A stretch of 39,562 bases of DNA from Bigelowiella natans CCMP2755 (lineage: Eukaryota; Protista; Cercozoa). The stretch covers positions 1-39,562 of the forward strand of contig ADNK01002738.1 of NCBI GenBank assembly GCA_000320545.1, in the 5' to 3' direction. The notes below the pieces were generated by a model, which worked only from the letters and a program-made list of their open reading frames with translations, ran no database searches and had not been told where the DNA came from. This document shows positions 1 to 11,778 of the stretch, piece by piece (within the stretch, counting starts at the first letter, position 1; each line of letters begins with the position of its first letter). A program made the translations under genes and the position numbers.

Positions 1-420
1 GAGAGAGAGAAACAGAGAGAGAGGGAGGAAGAAGGAAGGAAAGAGGAGGTGAAATAAGCATCCACCACTATGAATGCAATCACTACCTCAAGATCCCCAG
101 CTTCCGATTTGTAAGTAGGGCCTTTCAATGTGTCTAATAAGGGGGGGGGGGGGGGGGGGAGAGGGGGACACCTCGTAATCAGTGATTGAATGAGGACAGA
201 AGAATGAGATCTGCTCAGGGAGGGGGGGATAAAGCTATTGCTTACCGAAAGGATCCTGAGCATCCGACTGACAAAAACGTTCATCAACGCCCTTGGTAAC
301 GTTCAGCTTCACATCTATTGAACGACAAATGAAGTAGCAAGCAAACGGATGAATCTCAAGGCTGCAAATTGTCTTCGTCACAGATAGACAATCAGGTGAA
401 GGCAGGGTAATGGATGGGCA

Positions 421-472
<52 letters not shown>

Positions 473-548
473 GGTGCGAAGATAGGAAGATGCTACCTGT
501 TATGAATCGTTTCGTGCATTGTTGAGTAGGGCCATGGAAAAGAATTAC

Positions 549-618
<70 letters not shown>

Positions 619-2202
619 AACATGGGAAAGGAAGGGTAAGATCGATATTCTAACAGCCAAATATGGGGTGCGGGTAGAAATAAGTCTGCATGAAAACAGG
701 AGAGACTACTCACAGATTGCCTCAGTATTCAGCTTATAATTTCAGACAGTGCAAATCTTATCGATGTGGTCAAAGCCCTTTGCCTCATCTCTCTCCTCCT
801 CCTTCTTTTCACTCCTCTTTCACTCCCCTCCCTTACCATGTAAGTGCCCTTGGAATGGTCATATTTGCTGATGTATCCGATCTCCTCCGTTTGGTTGATA
901 TTGGTGCTGAATCTCCAGGTGTTGTCCCATCCTAGAAATAAAACCGCGAGTTGCAAGTCGCGAGGAAAGGTTTCAGTATATTTATTTGGTCGTCTTTTAA
1001 AATCTCGATGTGATCACAGCTCTCGCCGGGAATCACAACGTGGGAAAAATTATCGATGTCGAGAGACGGCGTCATTGGAAGAAACGCCAAAGTGGATTTA
1101 TTGCGTGCAAGGAGAGAAACCACCTTTCGTAGTGTATCGATTGGCAACGTAGCCTTGCACGGCTGAATCAAGCGGGATATTCCAAAAGTCCTTGAAGTTT
1201 GTTTTCCAAGCTCCTCGAAAATGCATTACGACCTCGTCGGGTGTACACCTGATTAGGAGTGGAAATGTATAAGCTAGCTGTATCTTCCATAACAGACGGT
1301 TTCATTGCCATTCGCACTGAAAAGATGATCAATATTTCGGAGCTCTCCCCCCTGCCTCCTTCGCTTTATCTTATTCACATGGTTGGCACTCACCATCCTT
1401 TCGATCCTCCAAGAGAACGCTCCGCAGCGCTTGAAAACATGGCATAGTTAAGTCGCATAAACTCTCGCGGTGCTGTGGAAAATTTAGCCTCTGGAGAGGC
1501 CCTTTCATCTATTTCTCTTGAGAATTTTAAGTTGTGCACAGCAGAAGCAGCATGACTTTCTCTTGGCGGCGAAGCAATAGCGTAGGCTCCGCTGTTAGTG
1601 TTGATGACAGCGGCTTCTCCCGATTGGGTAGGGGATGCTGCTGTTGGTACATCAGCATTCGGCTCGTTCGCTGTTGGCACGATGGGAATGGTTGTAGATG
1701 GAATTGTCGTTATCCCTGTGGTATTGCTCGTTCCATTGTTGAGACCAGCTGTCGATGTTGCTGCAGTTTCGTTGTCAGCTACGGCAGACATGGGAGGGGC
1801 AGGCACGTTCGCGTGCTGCACCTCGGTGATGATTTTTATGTTTTGATGTTTGATCATGAACGCTGATGCGAGAAGAATTGCGATCAATCCGAAAAGCGTG
1901 AATTCTTTGACGCATCGGGCCCAAGCTGACGATGATTTTTTTCGAGTCCGCCGCCGTCGTTTGCTATCTGCGGAGATTATCACTATAATTAACTTCAAAA
2001 AGGTGTTTTGACAGAAGGAAGCGACTGATGATCGACATAATAAAAAAAAGTTTATATTCGATCCTTTCTTGAATTTCAACTTCAAGTAAGTCAATGATCT
2101 ATTTGTGTCACTGTGGTGCTGCTATTTGTCTTTAAAGATGCGCTGACATGTCGTACGCTGTATACCCGATTGCTCACGCAACGGCGTGGCCTCACTCGAC
2201 AT
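1..2202 (-). CDS. Multi-exon type II membrane protein of unknown function (3' end beyond left edge)
   Basis: Manual splicing: MSSEATPLREQS|DSKRRRRTRKK...FTLFGLIAILLASAFMIK (basic tail + single TM), T/P/A/N-rich stem (ORF 1390-2094), then exons WCTPDEVVMHFRGAWKTNFKDFW..., GWDNTWRFSTNINQTEEIGYISKY..., DVKLNVTKGVDERFCQSD..., DTLKGPTYKSEAGDLE bounded by GT/AG. No family recognised. Confidence 0.6.
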
Positions 2203-2411
2203 CTTTTTAAAAGGGATGAAGCTGGATTTTCCCCTTCGGAGATGGATGTCAGAGCAGCCGTGTTTTCGGTGTTAGAAAAAGGGAAGGGGCAGTATACGAA
2301 AGCGTATATATGAGAAGGGGTAGGCTGGGAAGTGTAGTGTAAGATATAAAATATGTCATATCACATCATACAGAAACATTCTAATTTAAAATATAATCTA
2401 TTTCCGTAGAG

Positions 2412-3157
2412 CGACATGATGATTTATTGATATTATACTTCCGAGTGCGAATTCCATATTTTTGATGTAATTCCGAGAGATCTTACCAAAACATCTTCTT
2501 GTCGGCCCAACGGATACAGCGAATTTCGAAAAGGAATTACCGTTGCAACCGTGTCGTAAGAAAGTATTTGAAGGCGTTCAGACATTGCCCGTTATCTTAA
2601 AAAACTAATGGACCGTTTGGATTCTTGTCGCGCATTCGGGAACCCGGGGTTTTCTCTATCTGTCATGTCTCTGATATTAGGTGAAAAAGTCAATCTCTAG
2701 ATGTCGTTCGATTAAATTGTTTGACGTCTTATGGTAATATTTCTAGAAGAATTATGGAAAAATTATAGGACATTTCCTTCCCATTCTAGGGTCGTCGTCG
2801 ACAATCGAACCGAAACTGATATGTCCATCCCGATGTTGCCGCATAATTGAAAATACATGTCTTAAGTTGTTGTCGTAGCTTCTAGATGTTGTCGCATTTA
2901 AAAAAAGCATAACTTTAGGATCTTGTCGAAGCTGCGATTGCCAGTAACGCTGTAACCGCGATCCACACCATTTTTGTTGGCGCAGAAACACGATGTTCAT
3001 TGTATGCTACAAAATATAGAAATTATCTCGACAAAAAGAATTCTAAAATTATTGTGTAAGTTTGGAGGAATTCATCCAGAAAATCAGAATTCCATAGATG
3101 ATTTTAGGGTTTTTCCATACTGGATAACATCTCAACTTTTCAGTCCAAAAAGCGACA
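2412..3157. promoter_or_regulatory. Divergent promoter region with clustered TGTCG/CGACA motif
   Basis: About 11 TGTCG/CGACA copies (2412, 2500, 2552, 2626, 2702, 2799, 2871, 2890, 2924, 3029, 3153) between two divergent ATGs (2202 -, 3305 +). Confidence 0.35.
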
Positions 3158-3304
3158 GCCTGGAGTTTCGGTTGGCTGCCCCCCTCCCTGTTCGTTCATC
3201 CACTGGCTGTTCCTTTGGGAGAAGGTTGTCACGTGTGTGCCTCATAAATCGTCTAGCACAAAACTCATAGTCTCATAATTTAATTAGAGAGGCGACTGCG
3301 TTCC

Positions 3305-4393
3305 ATGAGGAGGCCGGAGCTATCACGGATCATTCTCCTTGCCCTCGCTGCGCTCTATGTCGAAGGGGGTGGCACATTTCTTTCACTGATGTCCAACGTA
3401 ACGATGGCCGGTGATGGGATAATCACATGTCCCGACGAATGCAGGATGAGGCTTACCACTGACAACCCGTCAATGAAGGGTGCGTTGCTCCTCCTTCTCT
3501 CTTCCTCTCCCCTTCTCTCTCTTCTTCTTCCTATCACGCACGCGGTGTGCGTAGCGTGACTGTGGTGTCCACGAATTGTTGTAACTTTTATCCCATCAAA
3601 ATGTTATCTGTAACATTCAAAAGGCGGAGCCTGGAGTAAGAAACTCTTCAATATTGCCGAAGGGTTTACGACGACATTCACGATCCAATTTCTCGACCAC
3701 GGCCATGCATGCGCAACAGCTCAGGGTTTTACAGAATACTGCCTCACACGAGGAGGTAATGGACGTCCTCCTTTTTTTCAGTACATGCATATGGAAATGT
3801 ATGGAGCATAGCCGAACTTCATATATTGATTTTTCTGGTGCTCGCTTCTGCATCATCTATATCCCGTTATAGCACATGGAGTGGCCTTTGTTATATATGG
3901 CGAGGACACCACATACGGGGCCGTAACGGACTTGTCCGTCCTTCTCGGCCAAGGAGGCGCAGGTAATAAACGGAATAGGGAATTGGCCGCATGTTATCGA
4001 TGTGCATGTTATCGATGTTTGAGTGGGATTATTGTTTTGGCACTAATACAGGGTTAGGCTACGAGGGTCTCAAGAACTCGATTGCGATCGAATTCGACAT
4101 GTTTTACGATCGATCCAAAGGTCACCGCGCCGATATATTCTTTTGATGTGAAAAGGGGGGGAGAGAAGAGTTTATGAGTAATTCTATCATAGTAGCAACT
4201 AACAGCCTGAATTATTTATGGTACGTCATCCAATCCAGGCGATTTGCACGATAACCACGTTGGAATTATGACAAGAGGTATTATGACGTCAAGAATACCT
4301 TTTCGCGGGAGAAATAGGAACCGATTAAGATGTGTCGATTCTTTTTTGTTTGGAAGGGGCAGGGAGGTGAAGTTTCTTTTTGTGTTCCTCCTG

Positions 4394-4457
<64 letters not shown>

Positions 4458-5788
4458 TCTTCACTTAGGACGCGAGGGCCCGATTTCTGCGGAACATAAG
4501 TACTCGCTTGGGTCAACAGCCAATGTAGTATTTTACCATCTGCACACTTACCTGAATCAAGCTTAACATTAAAACTGTATACGTGTATATTAACGGCAGC
4601 TCTTTAATACGTATTGTGCATACCACATACTTCAGGTGCCTGAGTTCAGCTTCGAGCGAGCACATGATGTAAAGATTGTGTACCAGCCTGATTTGGATCA
4701 ACAAGACCTCCTGCATCATCAAAAATGTAATTTATTGTATGAATAGATGCCAGAAATCAGCAGCAGCACTAGCGGCGGCAGCGGTGATAAATATACGAAA
4801 AAGTTGTCATTATGCCTCGAGGGTGGATGGCGCATGGAGATGGTCTCCGTAGTAAGGAGACTTGTTGTTGACCACAATATCATTGTATGTGTGATTGTAT
4901 GTTCAGGCGTGAAGGGGCGGTCATGTGACAACTTCCAAAATCAGCCCTACTTCGCGCATCTTCTCAGCACAGTCAGTGAAGTCCCCATCAACCGCAACAC
5001 CGCAGAAGACACGCCAATGATACAACATGAGAGATGCACAAAGAAAATTTCTACTTGTTTTTCACTTGAAAACGGGAACGGGCAAATAGGCCAACGCCAA
5101 AAGATAATGAAACACTGAAATATGCACTCACAGACACAGACATAGATTTGTTAAAAATTATAATATCTAAATATTGATTATATTGTATGTACATGCGTGC
5201 GTGTAGGGTCACTTTCCTGCAGGAAAGATCGGGACCATGCATGTCTTCATCGATGACTTTCGATTTGCGAGGGTGATCGTACCAATGAGGGTAAGTATTA
5301 GTAAAACACATGAAAGAAAGGGGAGGTTATGAGAGAAAGCGAACTCCGAGAAGCCAGGAATCTTCTGATTTGCGCTCAACATAAAGGTCGAGACGATACT
5401 AAACCTAGCTCATTGGGAGCAAGTGAGGCTTGGATTCACAGGTATTTCTCCATAGATGATTGGTTTGATACGGACCGTATGAAGGAATCATGCAGACGTG
5501 CAAGACATGATTTTGTCATTCGTCGCTAGAATAATTTCTCACGTGTTCTCATACCTAACCCCATCTTCGTCTCTCCAGGAACAACATCGGTGCAGAATTG
5601 GCAGAAGCAGGATATTTACAACTGGACAATATGTACGTCGGCGAATTCATGTTATAGAAGAAGCAATGGAAGGAGTATTAGTTATCAAAGTGGGCAGGAA
5701 CGTGAGAATCACAGCACAATGTCACGAATATTAACCAAATCTCATTTTAGGCACTGGAACTGGCCACACGACCTGCTCGCCATTTTAA
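3305..5788 (+). CDS. Secreted L-type (legume-like) lectin domain protein, about 12 exons
   Basis: Signal peptide MRRPELSRIILLALAALYVEG. Spliced motifs RLTTDNPSMK|GGAWSKK..GFTTTFTI..RG|AHGVAFVI..LLGQGGA|GLGYEGLKNSIAIEFDMF..|DNHVGI..HDVKIVY..GTMHVFIDD..VRLGFT|GTTS..QDIYNWTI follow the L-type lectin motif order. Stop TAA 5786-5788. Confidence 0.85.
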
Positions 5789-6199
5789 AGTGCTGCAACA
5801 AAGCGGCAAATAGAAATCACCTCAATCACCACCATCAACCATAATCTAGAAAGAACAATGATTAAATTTGGCGCTACGAATTTGGCGCTACGACGCACGC
5901 CTCTCTACAAACGCAACCTGCCTCTCTCCTTTACACAACTGATCAACTTCAAGACGGTAGCGAGTAAGAAGAATTGGTGGACAAAGCGAATCGGTTGGCC
6001 AAAACATGGCTGACGGGCGCGGCGACGTCGTTTATTGGTAACCGTGGCATCATCTTCTATTTTAGTTGTGAAGTTTCGTCATATGAGCAGGAAATCACTT
6101 ATCTTCATTCCTACGCGCTGCCAACGACTCGCCCCCATCGCTGGTTCGATCATTAGCCACAAAGCATTGTTATTGGAATAATCGTCATAGCACCGTCGT

Positions 6200-6900
6200 C
6201 ACGCTACATGTTGCAATCCTAGCTGACTAGAGTAAGCAGCTTTTGTGTAACATGTTGCAATTATTTTGTTCCGCGTATGATGAAGCTGATCGAACGTGAT
6301 GCTGAGTCCGCCTACTACGCGTAGGCTGATGTTCTCACCTACTGAGATGCATGATGCGCGCAGCAGAGGGATCGACAAGGATTGCATGCTTCATGTCATT
6401 GTCTCTGCATGTGCAGCACTGGTTGCAAAGCGGACGTCGACGTCGTGCACACATGGCAAAGCTGTCTGCTCACGGCACATCGACTCATGCATTCCGCGCC
6501 GTGCCGCTTTTACTGTCATGCGCAAGGATCACGACCATGTTGATGAACAAGTTCTGTTTGATTGATCACAGCATCCGTCGTCGTCTTGCATGAAGCATGC
6601 GCCCGCCCGCCCTCCACACATTGCATTGGTGTGGCACATGTGCGCTGTACGTGGCCGCTGCATTGCACAGCTACTACGCATCAGGATGACAATTAAAAAT
6701 TTTGAACACTTCATCACACATGTACATGTACATGTGTATATGAGACGGATGTAATGAAATGTTTAAATTTTTTCAATGGTCATCCTAATGTAGCTGTGCA
6801 ATGCAGCGGCTACAGCGCTTAAATTGTGTCTGTTTGTTTCCTTGGTCACATGTTGCATGCATGAAAATGCATCATGATTTGGTCTAGCATGTCGTGCTTT
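6200..6900. other. TpA-depleted, CA/TG-rich repeat-like island 1 (convergent gap lectin/EF-hand)
   Basis: Dense TGCA/CATG/GCAC, few TA in the core; shares a terminal segment with island 2. Confidence 0.6.
6642..6818. repeat. Imperfect inverted repeat (arms 6642-6718 and 6750-6818)
   Basis: Left GCGCTGTAcgtgGCCGCTGCATTGCACAGCTActacgCATCAGGATGAC... versus reverse complement of right GCGCTGTAGCCGCTGCATTGCACAGCTACATTAGGATGAC... Confidence 0.85.
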
Positions 6901-6904
6901 GCGC

Positions 6905-8914
6905 TCAGCTTTTTCTGAGGTCACCATACTTAATGCCTGAGAAGTCGGGAAGAATTTTTGTTGGAAGTAAGCCTTTAATCTCCACCTTGACTTGTTTCCC
7001 TGCAGATTTCGCGCCAACCACAATGCGTTTGAGCTCTCCGCAGCCTCTTATAGCATTCACGAGATTGATGGCCAAATTTGCAGTGTTGTGCAATGGTGGG
7101 GGCACAGGAGGTTTTGCCTTTTCTACAGTATCTTGTGCCTTTGACCTGGAGGTCTTTAGCAAGCTACTGACTGATTGATTCATAATTTCTTTATCATTAC
7201 GATTGAACCTCATGCTGAAACTCTTGAAATTCATCAGCGTGTCAAAGATTTCTTTGCCAGAGTTTAAGTGCACGGTTCCTTCGGCGGATTTGAACATCGC
7301 AAGGCCGAAGATCATGCTCATTACCTCCCTCGGAATATAAGAGCTTGTCTCAAATTTGCTGAACATGGACATCATGAATCTCTTGTTGGCCGTGTACTTA
7401 ATAGACGCGTTCATTTCACAAAGCTCGAGCAGCTTCTTCTCAGTGGTAAGCAATTCATCAAAAGTGAACGGAAGGGAGATGGTAATCTTCGCATCCTTCA
7501 CGACAGAGCTGACTGGTACCGGAAGCTTTTTAAACGGGTCTTTAGGCAGCATGGGAGCCTCTGCAACCAGAACAACCTCTCCGTCCTTATACTCTGCTGA
7601 GAACCCTTTCACAAACGGCCCCATCTTCATAGATTTATCGCTGGCCACAGCATCTATAATTGCAGTAAAAGCAGCAACGACTTTCTCTCCTTGCTCTTGA
7701 TCGGCACTAAAGCTAACCTCCAACCTCCCAGCACTTTCCCTGTTTCGCATAGTAATAATGTTTTCTCATCAGGGCAATGATGTTTCATTCATATTAGAGC
7801 GCTCAACATCAAATGGCGGTGATTCTACGTTACCCATCAAACTTGACCAAGGTGATATCGATGACACCCTTTTGATTCTTTTCATCAACATCGCCCATCC
7901 GGATGGTTGCTGAGGTGGAAATCATCTTCTTAAGCTCTTCTTTACTGATCTTGGACAGAAGCGATCTGGCGCCCTCACTGAGATAATCTCTAGTGGCCTT
8001 CGCATAGAGTTTCGCTACGGTCGAAGTGTCCTTCTTACTCCTGTTAGCATGGGTCCACCATTGGTAAAGTTCCTCGAAAGACACGGACCCAGAGTTATCC
8101 TTGTCCATTTCGCCCATAGCATCCTTCAACTCTTGCTTGTCGAGTGGGGCTCCCATCTGAGCAGCGAAGTACTTAAGCTCACCAATATCAAGCGTCCCGT
8201 TGTTGTCGGCATCGTATCGGTCGAACATTTCCTTGAGCTCCTTGGCCACCTTGTCATTCTCCTTTGCTTTCTTTTCACCCTCGCCGAGTTTGGACAATTG
8301 TACGAGGGGGTCAGTCCTTTCCTTCCCGAAGGGGCCGTTTTTGTCAAATGTCTCTTCACCAAATTTCATGTATTTCTGAACGAAACACGCGCCGGAAAAA
8401 TGATAAAATAAGAGCGAGTGATTAACCGGTTAGAAGTAAAGGAAAAGCAGCGAAAATACAAGGGACTGAGAAGAAGGAGAGACACGGGGAGAGGGGGCAG
8501 GGGGTCACAAGATTCATCAAGAATTTTCATTAATTACCTTAAGTGAAAGCTGAGATTGATCATCTCCCATGGACATGGTCATGATTTCCCTCACCATGGA
8601 TTTTTGATCTTAGAGGAAAAGGAGAATAATGTTATCAGATTGGAAGTTACGGTTCGCAACTTTAAACAGAGCTCTGTCTAAATTAATACTGTTTACTCTG
8701 ATTCGCCCACATCATCTCACCACCTTTGTCAGCACACTTTCCAACGAGTCGTATGATTTCATCCCGAGTGACGATGCCTAAGTGGTTCATTCAAATTCCA
8801 TGTCATCCTTCGAGTTCACTGTAGCCACGATCATTTCTCACCATCCCCACTGAAGTCGGCGGCGTGGAAAACTGCCTCCCAGACATCGAGGAATTCTTTC
8901 TTACTGAGGGCCAT
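6905..8914 (-). CDS. Multi-exon EF-hand calcium-binding protein with unrecognised C-terminal domain
   Basis: ATG 8914 MALSKKEFLDVWEAVFHAADFSGD|GIVTRDE (EF loop split by a GTGAG intron); EF loops DADNNGTLDIGE and DKDNSGSVSFEE in ORF 7830-8369; long last exon in ORF 6905-7750. Confidence 0.85.
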
Positions 8915-8979
8915 TTTTTCGGTGTATTCTGATAGTGTTAGAAATGGAAGCAGGGTTAGCTCAGTGTCCTAACGCCACG

Positions 8980-9961
8980 CCATAGCGTGCATGCTGTAGG
9001 TAGGTCTACACATTCGTTCGTACTGTCGTTCGAGTTCGCTTCAATTCGATTGTGATTTATTATGCCATTGCGCACTAACAAATATCTGTTACGAAGATAT
9101 TTTTTATTCCGAAACGGAAAAGGAAATGGAAAGGCCATATGTGCATCTACGGCAATCTTCTCCCATGTCGCAGGTGCAAATCCCAGTCCGATTTCGCATG
9201 GGGTTTTCAGCTTTTGGAGCTGTATTTTGGTTGTCGCTCTCATATCATTCCCCTAGGAATTTGGTAGAAATTCTGGTCTAATTTTGATCCATCGCCTCTC
9301 CAAAACCCAAATCGAATGAGGCACCGTTCTTCCAAACGCGCACGCGAGCACCGAGGGAGGAAGCTTCCACAGAAGGGCGCCGCAGCTCATGATGGTGTTT
9401 CTAGAACTGTGTCGGGAAATCGAAAGGTGGACGGCACAATGTTAGCATCAGATCAGTATTCTGAAAGGGTCCATAGCGTGCATGCTGTAGGTAGGTCTAC
9501 ACATTCGTTCGTACTGTCGTTCGAGTTCGCTTCAATTCGATTGTGATTTATTATGCCATTGCGCACTAACAAATATCGGTTACGAAGATATTTTTTATTC
9601 CGAAACGGAAAAGGAAATGGAAAGGCCATATGTGCATCTACGGCAATCTTCTCCCATGTCGCAGGTGCAAATCCCAGTCCGATTTCGCATGGGGTTTTCA
9701 GCTTTTGGAGCTGTATTTTGGTTGTCGCTCTCATATCATTCCCCTAGGAATTTGGTAGAAATTCTGGTCTAATTTTGATCCATCGCCTCTCCAAAACCCA
9801 AATCGAATGAGGCACCGTTCTTCCAAACGCGCACGCGAGCACCGAGGGAGGAAGCTTCCACAGAAGGGCGCCGCAGCTCATGATGGTGTTTCTAGAACTG
9901 TGTCGGGAAATCGAAAGGTGGACGGCGCAATGTTAGCATCAGATCAGTATTCTGAAAGGGT
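8980..9961 (+). repeat. 491-bp direct tandem duplication (8980-9470, 9471-9961)
   Basis: ORF pairs offset by 491 nt; two substitutions seen (ATCTGTT/ATCGGTT, GGCACAA/GGCGCAA). Confidence 0.95.
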
Positions 9962-11640
9962 GGTGAATGGCTTCATTCTTTTGGTGTTCATGGGGGCCAT
10001 GATGCATCACACCGAGGACTGGTCAAAGATGAAGAAGTGGAAGCCTGGAATAGTCACAGTTGTAGCTATGCTGATTCCTCTGTGTACCCGCTTTCACGCA
10101 GTCACCACAATCCTCGGTTTTTGTCCTCTACTTCTCATGTTTCTTCGGTCATGGCCTGCGCTGGCCAACCATTCAAACGTTCTCCTACTTATCATTCTGA
10201 CAATTATCGCAAGTCTATTCGAGGAGTTTGCCTTCTTTTTCGTCTCCCCGTCGTCGTCCTCCCCGTCTTTTGCCTGTCGGCTGAAAAGGGCTCGCAGTTT
10301 GGAAGGATTAAGACGCGTATGCGTAGGATCGCTGGCCGTGGTGTACGCCTGGGCTGGAATGCACAAGTTCAATTCAGCCTTTTTTGACCCATTACACAGC
10401 TGCGTCATCAAATTTCTACGAAAGCCGGTAGTAACAGTTGTTGTGGTGGTATGCAGCGGGATCAATTCGTCGGAAGCAATGAGATTGCTTGTAACATGCT
10501 CGATAGTGGTAGTAGTAGCGTGTCATTGGCTCCTGATGATCGATCTCTTGCTTTGCTGCGATGATTTCTTATCAGATTGAGAGAGCTGGGCTGCACCCTG
10601 CCTGGTTGGATTTAGTCCCAGAAAGCATTCTTATAGCCTCGGCGGGGTTGATCATCCTGATTGAAATATCCGCAGGATTGCTTCTTCTACACCCTGCTTA
10701 CGCAAGGTCGGCGGTTTCTCGCCCGTTTTGCAAAAATGCTAATCATGGTATTTGCAACAACACAAAGGACGGGTGTTAAGCTAGCTCTCAGCCTCCACTT
10801 CTTCCTCTCACCCGTCGGGTTCTACGACTTCAGCGCCATTGCAACTTCGGTCCTATACATCGTCGTTACCACGTCACCAAGCAGCAGCAGCAGAAGAAGA
10901 AGCGCCGCCGGGGTTCCAAAGGAGGAGGACTATAAGACGGAAAGAACGACTATGACAAGTAGCAAGGGGATTTCGGAGAATGATTACCTGCTGTTGCTAC
11001 CGAAGAGTCTTGTTATCTTCGGTCTGTCAGCATCTGACACCCTATATCTTTTTTCACATCTTTCTTATCATCTATGGGGAGGGGGATGGAAAGAGGGGAA
11101 GGACAGATGTAAACTTACAGTATTACCACCACCCTTCTTCGAATGCTGCTGGTGTATTTTCATCATTTGCGCCGCCGTCATCGTCGCTATATTGATGATG
11201 ACGAAGATGACTCCTTCATCTTAAATCATTACATTCGTAATAGATGTGGACTTTTGCGTCGATTGTCGAGCTGTGATCTTTGCGTGCAGCAACACGGCAA
11301 TGGCCTTCATAGCCTTATTTTCCCCAATCGCATTCTCCAGCATTACAACCAATCTCCAGCTATTCCAGGTAACTTAACTATGCGCCGAAGAAAAACGGCA
11401 TGAGAGTAATGCGGAGCAGAATCCAAGGAGACATCGGTAGGTCCTGTTCTACGAGAGAGGGCTGCTGTTTCAAGTTGCCGCTGGTGAGAATGGACCTTAC
11501 CGATGATTCTTCGGTGATGATGCTGACAAAAATTCAACGGCCCGATAAACGGGTGGAAGGACGCTCGCACGTCCGCGCATGCCGAATAATATGCATAAAA
11601 CCAGATTTACATACGCAAACACACACACACACACACACAA

Positions 11641-11681
<41 letters not shown>

Positions 11682-11740
11682 CGTAACCAAAAATCCATTT
11701 GATTCTTGAGCGCATGCTATCCGTGTGACGGCGGGAGAGA

Positions 11741-11778
<38 letters not shown>

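Noticed and set aside
715-778. Minus-strand GFDHIDKICTV-TGA-NYKL resembling a CxxU selenocysteine motif
   Set aside because: It needs a purine-rich acceptor and a 28-nt intron. A single ~150-nt intron ending TTTTCATGCAG gives an open frame (KGTYM|TYFYPHPIFG), so the TGA is probably intronic. No SECIS can be assessed because the 3' end is outside the window.
5865-5892. Short perfect tandem duplications (14 bp here, 15 bp at about 3989-4018, 19 bp at about 16744-16781)
   Set aside because: Two-copy slippage events with no spacers; not CRISPR-like.
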